NCBI GenBank assembly: GCA_951406725.2
Contig: OX597833.1
Coordinates: 32,426,001-32,490,000 of the forward strand
DNA from: Octopus vulgaris
Taxonomy: Eukaryota
Reading direction: 5' to 3'
Length of the DNA: 64,000 nucleotides
Both the position numbers and the translations under genes were made by a program. The notes beneath the pieces were generated by a model. That model was given only the letters and a program-made list of their open reading frames with translations, was not told the DNA's origin and made no database searches. Position 1 is the stretch's first letter, and each line of letters begins with the position of its first letter. Of this stretch, positions 29,023-38,199 are shown in pieces.

Positions 29023-29394
29023 CGACGGGCTTCTTTTCAGTTGCCGTCTACCAAATCCACTCACAAGGCTTTGGTCGGCCCGAGGCTATAGTAGAAGACA
29101 CTTGCCCAAGGTGCCACGCAGTGGGACTGAACCCAGAACCATGTGGCTGGTAAGCAAGCTACTTACCACACAGCCACTCCTATTCTTTTATTTGTTTCAG
29201 CCACTTGACTGCGGCCATGTTGGAGCACCGCCTTTAGTCGAGCAAATCGACCCCAGGACTTACTCTTTGTAAGCCTAGTACTTATTCTATTGCTCTCTTT
29301 TTGCCGAATCATTAGCTTACAGGGCCGTAAACACACCAGCACCGGTTGTCAAGTGATATTGGAGAAACAAACACAGATACACTAACATACACAC

Positions 29395-29430
<36 letters not shown>

Positions 29431-30002
29431 GCGCGCACACACACACATACATATATTGATAAAAATGGTAAGACAACAGAAGAATGAAAGAGACCTCGAT
29501 ATTATGTAAATAGAGAAATTTATCTGTAAATGTAATATGTGGCAATTATTCGGTAGCCATGATAAAACTCCGAGTTTCGGATGCCGAGGTGGAAATCCAC
29601 GCCGCCATCTCTTCAGTTATCTGGCCATCGGAAAAATGCTATGAAAATAACCTTTATACAAAGGGAAATTACTGTGTGATTGACCGTTATTAAGACAAAA
29701 GAGCTATTTGAATTATCGCTTACACGAATACTATGAACATGTTTACCCCCTTACTTTTACTCCCTTCCCTCACTAAACGGTCATTCAAATAGCTCTTTTG
29801 TCTTAATAACGGTCAATCACACAGTAATTTGCCTTTGTATAACGGTAATTTTCATACCATTTTTCCGATGGCCGGATAACAGAAGAGATGACGGCGTGGA
29901 TTTCCACCTCGGCATCCGAAACTCGGAGTTTTATCATGGCTACCGAATAATCGTCACATATTACATTTACAGATATAAATATAAATATAGATATAGATAT
30001 AA

Positions 30003-30094
<92 letters not shown>

Positions 30095-30767
30095 CCATAT
30101 ATATACAACGGGCTCCTTTCTGCTTCCGTCTACCAAATCCTCTCACAAAGCTTTGGTCGGCCCGTGGTTATAGTAGAAGATAATTTCCCAAGGTGCCACG
30201 CAGTGGGACTGAACCTAGAACCATGTGATTGGTAAGCAAGCTACTTACGACACAGCCATTCCTGCGCCTATATATATACGCTAAAATCTTGTAGCATCAA
30301 GACACAATGCATTTATCAATGTGGGTATGAACATTTTTCAAGAACCTATTTAGTTTTGCTATTTTAAGGATGATTCACCAATAGAATTTTTGAGCGAAGG
30401 GGAAGTTTTAAGTAATTGTTATCACTTATATACAAATAATTCGGGAAATTCCGTATGCGACTCGGTGACAGCTGAAGAACTTAGAAAACTTATAACCGAT
30501 CGGGTATTGCGGTATAAAAATGAATTACGGTCACTGCACTGGTGATATCTCGCTACTCGAGTATTTTGAAAATGAAGCATGTCAGAGTGCTCTGTTTAGT
30601 AATATTTACGCAAAAGCAGCTGTGTGGTAAGAAGTTTGCTTCCCAATCTCATGGGCCAGGGTTCAGTCGCACAACCTGGCACCTTATGTACATGACTTAT
30701 ACTGTAGCCTCGGGTCGACCAAAGCCTTGTGAGCGAATTTGCTGGGCGGAAAAAGTCCGTCGTATAC

Positions 30768-30811
<44 letters not shown>

Positions 30812-31000
30812 CCGCGTGTGTATCGTTGACGATTTTCTTTCTCCATCTTCCCTACTTTGGACTTTTTATATATTTCTGACGAAGAGGTCCGCTCGAAACG
30901 TGAAATCCTCCTTCTTTCTTTCCTTTCCTGAGCGTCGAATAACACTGTACTTATTCCACGTCCTCGCATTGTTGTTTTTCTTGCTTGTTCATGTTTGGAT

Positions 31001-31043
<43 letters not shown>

Positions 31044-34000
31044 CATATATGTATGTATATATGTATTTATGTATCTGTGTATCTTTGTGTCTATGTTTGG
31101 CAACCGGTAGTGGTGTGTTTGTGTCCTGTAACTTAGCAGCTCAGCAAAAGAAATCGATAGAATAAGTGACAAGCTTAAAAAAGAAGTATTGGGGTCAATT
31201 CATTCGACTAAAAATTCAAGGGGTGCCCCAGCATATTCGTAGTCTAATGACTGAAACAAGTAAAATATAACAATAAAAGAGAATCCCAATATATACTTCA
31301 GAAACTGTTCCTTACGTAAGATATGAGAGAATTCGGACGCCTAATCAGCTACAAGTTACCAACAAAACAGCTTATAGGTAATCAAAGAAGCCAACCAGTT
31401 AATAAATAGAACATCCAATGAATTGGCAAAATAAACAATAGCCACAGACGACGCCATAATAAAGAGGCATTAGAGACGAATCAATGAAAGCGATAGTAAT
31501 CCACAAATGAATGAACCCACTTAATGTCTATAAATTTGACCGAATAACGAAAGAAGTTACTTCTTGTTTGAAGACTGCAGTGGCGTGAAATTTTAGTAGG
31601 AGGATAAACAATTCAAAGCACACGAACAACATAATCTGCACTATGTATCGTGAACTCTTTTTGTTTTTACCGATAAAATGTAACATTTGAATGCACGCAC
31701 ACGCATACGCACAATCACACACACAAACACATACGCGCACGAATACTGATCATATTGTAGACATTTACTATGCCATTGATCATGTTGTGATATTGATCTT
31801 ATTGTGTATACATTGATCATATTCTAATCACTGATCATATTGCAGACGTTGATTATATTGTAGACATGATCATTTTGCGACTGTTGATCCTATTGAAGAC
31901 ACTGATCTAAATGCAGCTACTGATCATATTGTAATCATATCGTAAACATAGAATCTGGCAGCAGCATAGTCACTGATCGTTGCGCTGACATTAATAATAA
32001 CGTTGCAATTTATAATTAAACAAGCAAACAAATAACCGAGACTGGCGAATATGATTAGAGCTATCATATTGTGGTCGCTTTTCAAACAATAAAACTATTC
32101 CTTGTTCATGTTGCAAACAATTAACAAAAAAGAGGTGAACTCATTAATTAAAGCCATTTAAATTCATTGTCATAACAACGCATTTATTGAATAACTCTTA
32201 TGTCGTTATTTATTTATTTTGTGTCACGCAAAGAGAAATGTATAGTTTCATCCGAATTATTATCTGTGGGTAGTATATACCTCGATAAATATTGGCTGGT
32301 TGTAAGAAAGAGGATGTGGTATTCACCCTAATATTAACTTTAGTACCCGATGATATCAATCTTCACTTTAGTTTTAACACTATTTCCCTATTATTCCAGT
32401 CTTTGCAATAATTTCCCTGCGATTGGATGGATTTTCAGTTAGTATACTATGAAGGAAAATATTCTTTTCTACTCTTGGCACAAGGCCCAACATTTTTGGG
32501 GAGGGGGCCAGTCGATTAGATCGACTCCAGTACGCAACTGGTACTTAATTTATCGACCCCGAAAAGATGAAAGGCAAAGTCGACCTCGGCGGAATTTGAA
32601 CTCAGAATGTAAAGACAGACGAAATACCTATTTTTTTACTGCCCACAAGGGGCTACACACAGAGGGGACAAACAAGGACAGACAAACGGATTAAGTCGAT
32701 TATATCGACCCCAGTGCGTAACTGGTACATATTTAATCGACCCCGAAAGGATGAAAGGCAAAGTTGACCTCGGCGGAATTTGAACTCAGAACGTAGTGGC
32801 AGATAAAATACCACTAAGCATTTCGCCCGGCGTGCTAACGGTTCTACTAGCTCGCCGCCTTGACTATGAAGGAAAATATCGAACCGAAGGAGCGTAGTTT
32901 TCAATATTGTAAGTTTATAACATTGAAATGAAAAAGCGTAGTTTTCTATATTCTAAAATTTATCTCATTGACATATGCTATGCATTTAAGATATAGATAT
33001 TTGACGTCATTATGACGGCACAGCTGCGCTTGTAATTATTAACAGCTTCCTCATGTTTCATCTGAATGCACAATACGTTCAGCTACACGTTTATAAAACT
33101 TCTTAATAATCATTGTATAATGGGAAATGTTCTGTTTGCAGATTATATGAACTTTATCCAGCAAGACGAAATGACACAGAAAATAGAACTGCCTGGCAAC
33201 AAGGTTACTACCAGTTAGCTGTAATAGGCAGCACTATGGGTATATCAATTATTGGTGGTATATTCACAGGTAAATAACAAGTTTTACTTGATTTCTTTGG
33301 AACGCAGTGTTACGAGTTGATTATGCTATACAAACTTGTACTTATTTGATATAAAAAATTATATAAAAAAATTTAATAGGTACAGAAGTATCCCTGTTTT
33401 TTTTCCCTGGATAGTCAGAGATTTGGTTTAAATAACTGCAACATTGTCGATTCCGTGAGATACAGCCAACGACCAGCGAGAGGCGTTAAACCGGCCACAA
33501 GTTAAGTATACAACCACCATACAAGAACAATTCTTCTGACGAGCTTTTACTCACATATTCCACTCACAAAGTGGCAGGCTCGATGTTTGGGTCTCATATA
33601 AATTGAAAGAGGCTAACATTGTCAAACGGACTTCCATTTGCGATTTGTTGGAGAAACGTAAAGAAAACGATTCTTACTTTTAAAGAGAGTGGTGACGGGA
33701 CAAAAATCATCAATTCGGATATGTATTGTGACTAGGTGGACAAATTAAACGCAACGATCAACCAGAAGTATCTAGTAGGTTGGAGGTTGTTTGTGGTTGT
33801 TTGCCGCGTTAATCGTAGGAGACCTGTCCTTCATCACAACAATTCCTGATTGCACGCTTCTTTGCAGACGCCGCTGAATTCTACGGAGCTTGGTTGGGAT
33901 ATTTTACTGCATGCTCCATATTCCCTTCACCATGCATCTTCAGATTTCTACCTGTTTCGATCTATTCAAAATTTATTGACAGGCGTAGGAGTGGCTGCGT

Positions 34001-34143
34001 GGTAAGTAGCTTGTTTACCAGCCACATGGTTCCGGGTTCAGTCCCACTGCGTTGCACCGTGGGCAAGTGTCTTCTACCATAGCCTCGGGTCACCCAAAGC
34101 CTTGTGAGTGGATTTGGTAGACGGAAACTGAAAGAAGCCCGTC

Positions 34144-34191
<48 letters not shown>

Positions 34192-34612
34192 ATATATGTT
34201 TGTGTGTCTGTGTTTGTCCCCCAACATCGCTTGCCAACCGATGCTGGTGTGTTTACATCGCCGTAACTTAGCGGTTCGGCAAAAGAAACCGATAGAATAA
34301 GTACTAGGCTTACAAAGAATAAGTCCTCGGGTAGATTTGCTCGACTAAAGGCGGTGCTCCAGCATGGCCACAGTCAAATGACTGAACAAAGTAAAAGAGT
34401 AGACCGTCAACGCTGAAGAAGTTCTAAAAATTCACCTGGAAGAGTTTACAGCAATAAAGATAGGAAATTCTGTGAGCAGGAAATAATGGGTTTGTGAAAC
34501 GAGCAACGTGAAACAGTGTCCTATTCAAGGAAACAACGAACCGCCGGGAACCGAATTCACAACCTTACGATCGTGAGCGAAAAGCCTAACCTCTAACACA
34601 AGTGTCTCCTCT

Positions 34613-34711
<99 letters not shown>

Positions 34712-36448
34712 TTGAAATTTACAGAAAGACAAAAGATGAAGACAGGTGTATTAGTTTTACGCTCGGAAAAATGAGAAAGCCTTTTACGTTTCTAGTCTAG
34801 GCTCTTCAACAGAAAAGAATAAGAGAAAATAAACAGAGAGAGAATAAAAGAACTTATAGATTTAGTGATCAAGCATGGCGACTGGTTGGAAAAAAGGCTT
34901 GACAGGAGAGGTAGAAAGAAGGGGAGATAATAAAGTAGAGTTGATCCCAAATGAAGGTGAACGTGCATGTGTGTGTATGTGAGGATATGTAAGTGTGTAC
35001 GTGGATGAGGGCTAGTGATTGTAAAGTGTGTGGATGAGAGCGTGTGTAAGTGTGTGTGCGTGTGTAAATGCGTGCGTCTGTAATGTGTGGGTGTGTGGAT
35101 GATAGTGTGTGGGTGTGCAGATGAGGGTGTGTGGTGTTGGGTGCTGGGAAGTGGTCAGTGCTAGTGTGTGTGGAGTGGTGTGGGGTGGTATGGTATGTTG
35201 ATGTGGTGGTGTGTGACATGATAGGGACGATGATGGGTGCCTGCGAGGATGGTGGTGTTGGAGAGGGAGGGGCAAGTGCGGTAGCGTGGGCAAGAGCAGA
35301 GAATCAACAGATGTGATCCACAGATTCTCGGAATAGAAAACACTTAGCGCCCAAATGATTGGAACATAGACTCGGATGTCTTTATGAGGGATCAATTCGC
35401 AGGGAATTGGTGGCTCTAAGAGGAGCAGATATTGAGGCAATTATGCGGATAAGCAAATTAAATATAACAGCTTGAATTTCACAAAATCGAGCGCACGTAC
35501 CCAAGTGTGTGTGTTGTTAGTTTGTGCATCGGTTGCGTTTTAGGTGTAAGAGAATATATTCTCAATTGCGCCTGGTGTTAAAAACACCTGAAAGTAAGTC
35601 ATAGGCAAGCGAGACAACTCACATCAGGTCCCTTGTCGGAGCGACCAACATCGATATTTCGTCATTGTTGTAACTTTTCATTGCCGCATACCGAACAAGG
35701 CCCGCTGCAAACTATGCCGCCGACTATACTAAGTGGTTTAAAAACCATCTGGATTGTCCCAACATTTCATGTCACGGAAAAATTAAATTTGAACTGGAAG
35801 CAGCTCGAGATATATAAACAAAATCGAACACACATATAAAAGGTGTGTTGTTAGTTCGTGGGTTGGCTGCGTTTTTAGGTGCAAGAGAATACATGCAAAC
35901 AGGAAGAAAGCAAAGACTGAAGATTTTCAGACGATGAACAAATATATATTTATACATTAATAGATCAAACTTACACAGAGTACAAACGACAAAGAAAATT
36001 AAAGGGGAAGCAGTAAGGTCCAGCAACTGCTTCTGGAGTCTCGGAGGTCCATCATAGTGTTGGTGAGAATATAGATATATTACATTTACACAGACATACA
36101 CATAAGCATATATGCACATATGTTGCTGTGTACTTTATATATATATTTGGAAGTATAGGTAGCAAAATATTTTCTAAATTAGATTTCTCTGTAGAGCTTT
36201 CTCTCTTCCATCTTTGTATCTTATTCTGAACCTTATTGTAGCACAGGAATAATAAAAGAAAGCAATTTTCTTTTACAGGTATCCTGTTGAAATTGCCGAT
36301 ATGGAACGAGCCCGATGCCGAAAACTTGTTCGACGACAAGCAAAGCTGGTGCCTTACAGAGAAAAATGACCAGACTCTTGACAAGTCAATAAAAGCGGAA
36401 ACATCAACATTTACATCAACCGAGTTATTTATAATAAATAATCAATAA
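786..36448 (+). CDS. Rh: Rh-type ammonium transporter (Rh50/Rhp-like), whole spliced gene, 9 exons, 446 aa
   Basis: Exons 786-903, 1662-1854, 4102-4252, 5441-5585, 16536-16699, 20606-20743, 21292-21425, 33142-33269 and 36279-36448 join in frame (1341 nt) with GT-AG introns. Rh motifs FQDV, GFLLTFLKR, WPSF, HIQNATLAGGV and HDTGGVNNLH are present. Confidence 0.95.
1662..1854 (+). CDS. Rh: Rh exon 2 (VFQDVQGLLYLGIGFLLTFLKRHAFSGISFNLL...QWAWIVQG)
   Basis: Acceptor tttcctgacag, donor gtaagt at 1855; matches the Rh consensus [22 protein letters not shown]. Confidence 0.95.
2429..4088 (+). mobile_element. 5'-truncated degenerate L1/Tx1-clade LINE (ORF2 RT remnant, 3' UTR and (ATT)n tail)
   Basis: NFRPITLLNADYKILAKVLAKRL, LDHSKAFHRVDH and YADDVT motifs with stops and frameshifts; ends in gtggccAATAAAagaa(att)n. 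Confidence 0.85.
4102..4252 (+). CDS. Rh: Rh exon 3 (LVDGDFAVANVLISYCAVFGKISHIQL...ELNEFVGIHILK)
   Basis: Acceptor atttctag, donor gtaggt; homologous to ADF..SVLISFGAVLGK..NE. Confidence 0.95.
4940..5130 (-). mobile_element. Degenerate Nin/Deu-domain SINE fragment
   Basis: ggtacttcattttatcgacc...aaagttgacctcagcggga resembles the copies at 32463-32862 and 46280-46505. Confidence 0.6.
5441..5585 (+). CDS. Rh: Rh exon 4 (ALDSGDAIYIHLFSAFFGLSVSRVLY...SDIFALLG)
   Basis: Acceptor attaacag, donor gtaagt; contains the first pore His; homologous to DAGGSMTIHTFGAYFGL. Confidence 0.95.
5706..6003 (+). mobile_element. tRNA-derived SINE
   Basis: A box tggcctagtgg and B-box-like gtttcaattcc followed by a non-tRNA body. 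Confidence 0.65.
6090..6680 (+). mobile_element. CR1/Jockey-group LINE RT C-terminal remnant
   Basis: YADDTKL...LQRDLNAIY.(W)AEENN motif, disrupted. Confidence 0.75.
7916..8831 (+). mobile_element. Degenerate Tc1/mariner element
   Basis: Imperfect TIRs (gtgcgttccagaagtattcagactttt / aaaagtctgaaaactactagaatgcac); AIRFCVK..AETYEML..AYG and HSPYGLDLAPCNFWLF motifs. Confidence 0.85.
10371..12023 (-). mobile_element. ORF1-only (HAL1-like, Tx1-type) retroelement, copy 1
   Basis: Starts GCGGTCGTG; single ORF1; ends cccctagtgggtAATAAAgaa; no RT or endonuclease. Confidence 0.85.
10780..11847 (-). CDS. Tx1-like ORF1 protein (RRM-like domains, CCHC knuckle CYKCGLRGHIRAFC), 355 aa; C-terminal domain shifted into 10508-10783
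   Basis: ORF track; 5 extra nt in the T-rich run near 10833-10842 relative to copy 2 shift the frame. Confidence 0.8.
   Translation of the reverse strand: MDFDSLSDLSTSEEELEQAVRMMDRKLGYTYAGVTKKAEEKGVDLAKLPSYQKYMKKDSGEVELAPTPKRKEWYDKRTIIYRVFASERKKIEVVNMEWIEEALRRTEEEINFLTRGSKYGTVVVQFKSENAARKMAAKVVKSEKVTLLPTYLNRRITRVRVEGVPPNVEAEWIVTAVISGHEEEVDILHASVKTEGWRGVTVELNVQAENEVLVDLAESIRLGDVIMRVWVEGRAPRCYKCGLRGHIRAFCPPPVKEMDSEPQREKQKQEEKETVEEEENTQEWKEAGNKRKRRIGGKENNIEHRSTPTPPTPSETHPIPADSEPTRSPPTRKQKKKIIQTDKSLKSNPGRTFIL
12030..13699 (-). mobile_element. ORF1-only (HAL1-like, Tx1-type) retroelement, copy 2, intact ORF
   Basis: Same 5' GCGGTCGTG start and same 3' tail as copy 1. Confidence 0.88.
12165..13529 (-). 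CDS. Intact Tx1-like ORF1 protein (~445-454 aa; TYAG motif, RRM-like domains, CCHC knuckle, charged linker, C-terminal domain)
   Basis: Uninterrupted ORF; first ATGs at 13529 and 13502; RIRVEGIPP and VEGRAPRCYKCGLRGHIRAYCP motifs. Confidence 0.85.
   Translation of the reverse strand: MSRLYQTDEMEGRNFSEKSSTSEEELAVKKMESTYAGITKKSTEKEIDLAKLTDFQEFMKAEENGEVELLPLAGRGDWFHRRTIKYKVFMNGGRKMEVINMEAIEEAFKQTGEEIVYMTKGLEYGTITVQFKSEKAARNIAAKVASTEKFYLFPSYLNRRTTRIRVEGIPPHLEGELITAAVIKGNEDKVDILHAIMKYEGVRGATLVMNIQTEAEVIEKLTDSIKTGNIIMRVWVEGRAPRCYKCGLRGHIRAYCPPPPKEKEKEIVAEAPKEEETKENQTEKETTEEEEMQQEWEEGRKKRKRKKKKNCAKPQPTPTPPAPSESHPSPTDSEPTRSPPTRKQKKNTDRQEFENEPRPNIYIVTEQKEVKSVMEKYDWYEMDGTRYAVLEKKNIDEFMLRCERENWEVKDIRMSDEFVERMEEGFGVRMDMDGLRIGNEHSGDSENKRSGKWC
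13705..15493 (-). mobile_element. ORF1-only retroelement, copy 3 (divergent subfamily)
   Basis: Starts GCGGTCGTGG at 15493; 3' tail tgtcccctctatgttcgccccttgtgggtaataa. Confidence 0.82.
13943..15347 (-). pseudogene. Tx1-like ORF1 (MATYAGVT...CYLCGTRGHIKKECP...) with two single-base frameshifts
   Basis: ATG at 15347; the frame breaks fall in homopolymer runs (~15206-15210 and ~14675-14678), so they may be sequencing errors. Confidence 0.75.
16536..16699 (+). CDS. Rh: Rh exon 5 (GTIILWIYWPSFIGSV...SSLVDKKGKLEI)
   Basis: Acceptor aaaag, donor gtaagt at 16700; homologous to GTLFLWMFWPSFN...KGKLDM. Confidence 0.95.
16711..18698 (-). mobile_element. Penelope-like element (RT and GIY-YIG remnant) with inverted pLTR and 14-bp TSD
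   Basis: GIPLRPIVS, SSPLSPIIANMYM, RYVDD and CVYSIPCSCGRIYKGET motifs; TSD atagtaagtttctt at 16697-16710 and 18699-18712. Confidence 0.92.
18576..18619 (+). ncRNA. Minimal type-I hammerhead ribozyme motif in the Penelope pLTR
   Basis: acac-CTGATGA-a-ggctg...caacc-GAAA-cg..-gtgt; partial second copy on the minus strand at ~16757-16787. Confidence 0.65.
19310..19628 (-). mobile_element. Degenerate tRNA/CORE-type SINE (octopus OR/OK-like)
   Basis: Matches the family seen at 28402 and 33982. Confidence 0.65.
20606..20743 (+). CDS. Rh: Rh exon 6 (SHIQNATLAGGVVIS...SVLGFKYLQ)
   Basis: 138 nt, acceptor tttcag, donor gtaagt; HIQNATLAGGV Rh signature. Confidence 0.97.
21292..21425 (+). CDS. Rh: Rh exon 7 (PVLLKKLKIHDTGGVNNLHALPG...YGT)
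   Basis: Acceptor tttttccag, donor gtaagt; contains the second pore His (cf. DTCGVHNLHGMPG). Confidence 0.96.
21449..21625. mobile_element. Tc1/mariner-type MITE
   Basis: TIRs caggatgacccaaaagtaggtttaca / tgtaaacctacttttggaccaccctg with TA flanks. Confidence 0.85.
22524..22879 (+). mobile_element. tRNA/CORE-type SINE (octopus OR/OK-like)
   Basis: tRNA-like head ggttccaggttcagttcc, CORE-like ttgggcaagt, tail gactgaaacaagtaaaag. Confidence 0.8.
22880..23002. mobile_element. Short MITE with ~40-bp TIRs
   Basis: aggttgaggaaaaagctcgtgccccgtgttaaagtaatg versus cattattttaacacggcgcacgaacattttttcctcaacct. Confidence 0.75.
24000..25090 (-). mobile_element. Degenerate Dong/R4-like LINE RT remnant
   Basis: FQGDSL and VPVLVATFGILEWT-like motifs, heavily disrupted. 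Confidence 0.55.
25352..26617 (-). mobile_element. Full-length mariner transposon with disrupted transposase
   Basis: Perfect 37-bp TIRs cgaggggcgttcaataagtaatgcccctgacccactt, TA TSD; WISRLL, KVMLTVFWD and LLQDNAPVH motifs. Confidence 0.95.
27050..27990 (-). mobile_element. Penelope-like GIY-YIG remnant
   Basis: NLIYVIRCSGCHKNYI motif; degenerate hammerhead-like gaaaccggtta near 27170. Confidence 0.6.
28402..28760 (+). mobile_element. tRNA/CORE-type SINE (octopus OR/OK-like)
   Basis: Full head, body and tail consistent with the family consensus. Confidence 0.85.
28772..29181 (-). mobile_element. tRNA/CORE-type SINE, inverted relative to the preceding copy
   Basis: Reverse complement of the same family. 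Confidence 0.85.
29186..29390 (-). mobile_element. 3' half of the same SINE family
   Basis: gactgcggccatgttggagcaccgcctttagtcgagc...aaacacagatac. Confidence 0.75.
29521..29975. repeat. ~198-bp inverted repeat (Penelope pLTR-like) with a hammerhead motif in each arm
   Basis: Arms 29521-29718 and 29778-29975. Confidence 0.85.
29561..29621 (-). ncRNA. Minimal hammerhead ribozyme motif
   Basis: gataa-CTGAAGA-gatg...catc-c-GAAA-ctcggag-TT-ttatc; mirror copy at 29875-29935 (+) has CAGAAGA. Confidence 0.65.
30100..30268 (-). mobile_element. 5' half of the tRNA/CORE-type SINE
   Basis: Head of the same family, separated from its 3' half (29186-29390) by the inverted repeat. Confidence 0.75.
30617..31281 (+). 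mobile_element. SINE interrupted by a Penelope pLTR fragment (~30810-31003) containing a hammerhead-like motif
   Basis: SINE head and tail flank attt-CTGACGA-agaggtccgctc-GAAA-cgtg-aaat at ~30872-30906. Confidence 0.65.
31744..31980. repeat. Degenerate ~19-20-bp minisatellite (actgatcatattgtagac)
   Basis: About ten imperfect tandem units. Confidence 0.7.
32463..32862 (-). mobile_element. Dimeric Nin/Deu-domain SINE with 17-bp TSD
   Basis: TSD actatgaaggaaaatat at 32446-32462 and 32863-32879; two copies of ccgaggtcgactttgcctttcatcctttcggggtcgat. Confidence 0.85.
33142..33269 (+). CDS. Rh: Rh exon 8 (LYELYPARRNDTENRTAWQQGYYQL...IGGIFTG)
   Basis: Acceptor tgtttgcag, donor gtaaat; RTA..QG.YQL..GG..G motif of the last TM; phases 2/1 fit the neighbours. 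Confidence 0.92.
33375..34500 (+). mobile_element. Mariner remnant split by a SINE
   Basis: WVSYKL..KRTSICDLL..VVTG-like and HAPYSPS..SSDF-like degenerate motifs. Confidence 0.6.
33982..34400 (+). mobile_element. tRNA/CORE-type SINE, near-consensus full-length copy
   Basis: ggcgtaggagtggctgcgtggtaag...ggttcagtccc head; internal (TA)n(TG)n; tail gtaaaagag. Confidence 0.88.
34710..35460 (-). mobile_element. Probable Penelope pLTR remnant with GT-rich low-complexity tract
   Basis: Degenerate hammerhead-like ctgttgaagagcc...gaaacgtaaaa on the minus strand at ~34780-34815. Confidence 0.45.
36279..36448 (+). CDS. Rh: Rh exon 9, terminal (ILLKLPIWNEPDAENLFDDKQSW...NNQ*)
   Basis: Acceptor ttttacag; homologous to ILRLP.W..P....FED...W; TAA at 36446-36448. 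Confidence 0.9.
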
Positions 36449-38199
36449 GCTACATACGGAGTGGTAATACATTTGTCGTTACAACGAATATCATCCCCTA
36501 GTGGAAATTAAATGGTTCTGACTTTGTAACTAGTTCCTCATATCTCTGCTACCTCTGATATCCTTGAGAAGGAATCACATACGCTTCATATTTCCCATCT
36601 TAGCTCTCTTTTGAAGTTAAAAGAAGTTAATCATGCATTCATTAATATTGCTGAGTATAAATAGTCAAAAAATATGTGAATATATTTATTGTTCATCTTG
36701 TAGGTTAGCTCCCACGATGTCCTGCTCATTTTTATCGTTTTGTCTGGGAAAGTAGGTCACGCCCAAGAACCATTATTACCTTTTGGTAAACGTCATGCCA
36801 AAAGTGGTCCCGACATTATAACTTGCGTAAAACATTTGATTCTTTTCTGTCCTGAAAAGTACAATCAAACACAGTTAGTATCAATATTTTACGCGTGATT
36901 CGTCAGGTCCTAATTCGTCAGACAAATTTAAGGATTAGAGTTTAGAAAAAAAAAGAAGAAAATAGTTGAAGTAGGCTATCCTATGACAGTGTGGGTCTGC
37001 ATACATATATGAATGTATGTATGCGTATATGTATACATGTATGTAAATAGCGAAGGAATAAATACAGATATTTGTTGTTGTCGTTATTCTTGTTGTTGGT
37101 TTGTCCGAGATCCTGCTTTTTATCACTAATCCGTGCTGTGTCTGTGACTATTGCGTCTGTGTACGCGTAACGCAAAGTCTCAGTAAGTTCAACATTAAAA
37201 ACTGAGTAAAATATTGAATTTCTGTACTGAAAAGTGCAATTCAACACAAATGCAATCGTTTACTATTCGCGACTCGAGAAGTAATTATAAATACCAGCGA
37301 TAAATAAGGAAATTTCTTATAGGTGCTCAGTGAAGGTTATGCTTGTTTAGAGGCCATTTAATTTAATTGGTAGCGCATTTGCAAGGCAAGCGAGTGATGC
37401 ATGGTGCTTCTCACATAGGTGCATGGTGCATAAAACTATAGACATAAATCACACTGCGACATCAAGTGACTAAAAAAAGACACTGAAACGCTTCATATTG
37501 TGGTTGCGAGATTTGGTTGGTATGCGGTCACTGGACGACTGCAACTGAGGAAGTCTAGAAGGCTGAAATCACCTGATCTAACAGTTCTGGCGCCGATAAC
37601 AGACGACTCTAGTCTGCTACGATTTACGCCTATACTTTTATACGCTATGCACCAATATAACATGGTCAATAACTCAGTATTTGACGTTCTAACAAGACAT
37701 CCACTTTAAGTTGGATATAAAGATTGCCTTTTGGTACTAATACTGTTTCCATCGCTAATAATTATTATTTAAAAATGCTTATTTTCTATTAAGCACAATG
37801 CCCTTAATTTGGGGAGGAGGTAATACCAATTATATTAACCTCGGTACTCTATTTTGTCTACTTGGATAGCTGAAAGGCAAATTTTGAGTCGGCAACCTTT
37901 GAACTCAGAACTTCAAAGAAATTAAAATAATTACCGTAAATCATTTTGTCTAATGCTTTAACAACCCACTAATCAATCGACCCTTTTGACAATTTAATAA
38001 TGGTTTCAAACTTGTGAAACTAATCATTAAGTAGGAAAATAACAATCGACTAAATCTCTCCTGCTAAATTTGCTCTCCTTGACAAAAAGGACAGCAGTTT
38101 TAGTGGGGAGGTTAGTCAATATCATGAACCCGCTAATTTTTAATAGTACTGTATTTTATAGATCATGAAAGGATGAAAAGTACACAATTCAACAGGTAT

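Noticed and set aside
32400-32442. Possible alternative terminal exon (ttattccag|LCNNFPAIGWIFS*) in phase with exon 7
   Set aside because: Short, only faintly resembles exon 8, would remove the last TM helix, and is likely chance
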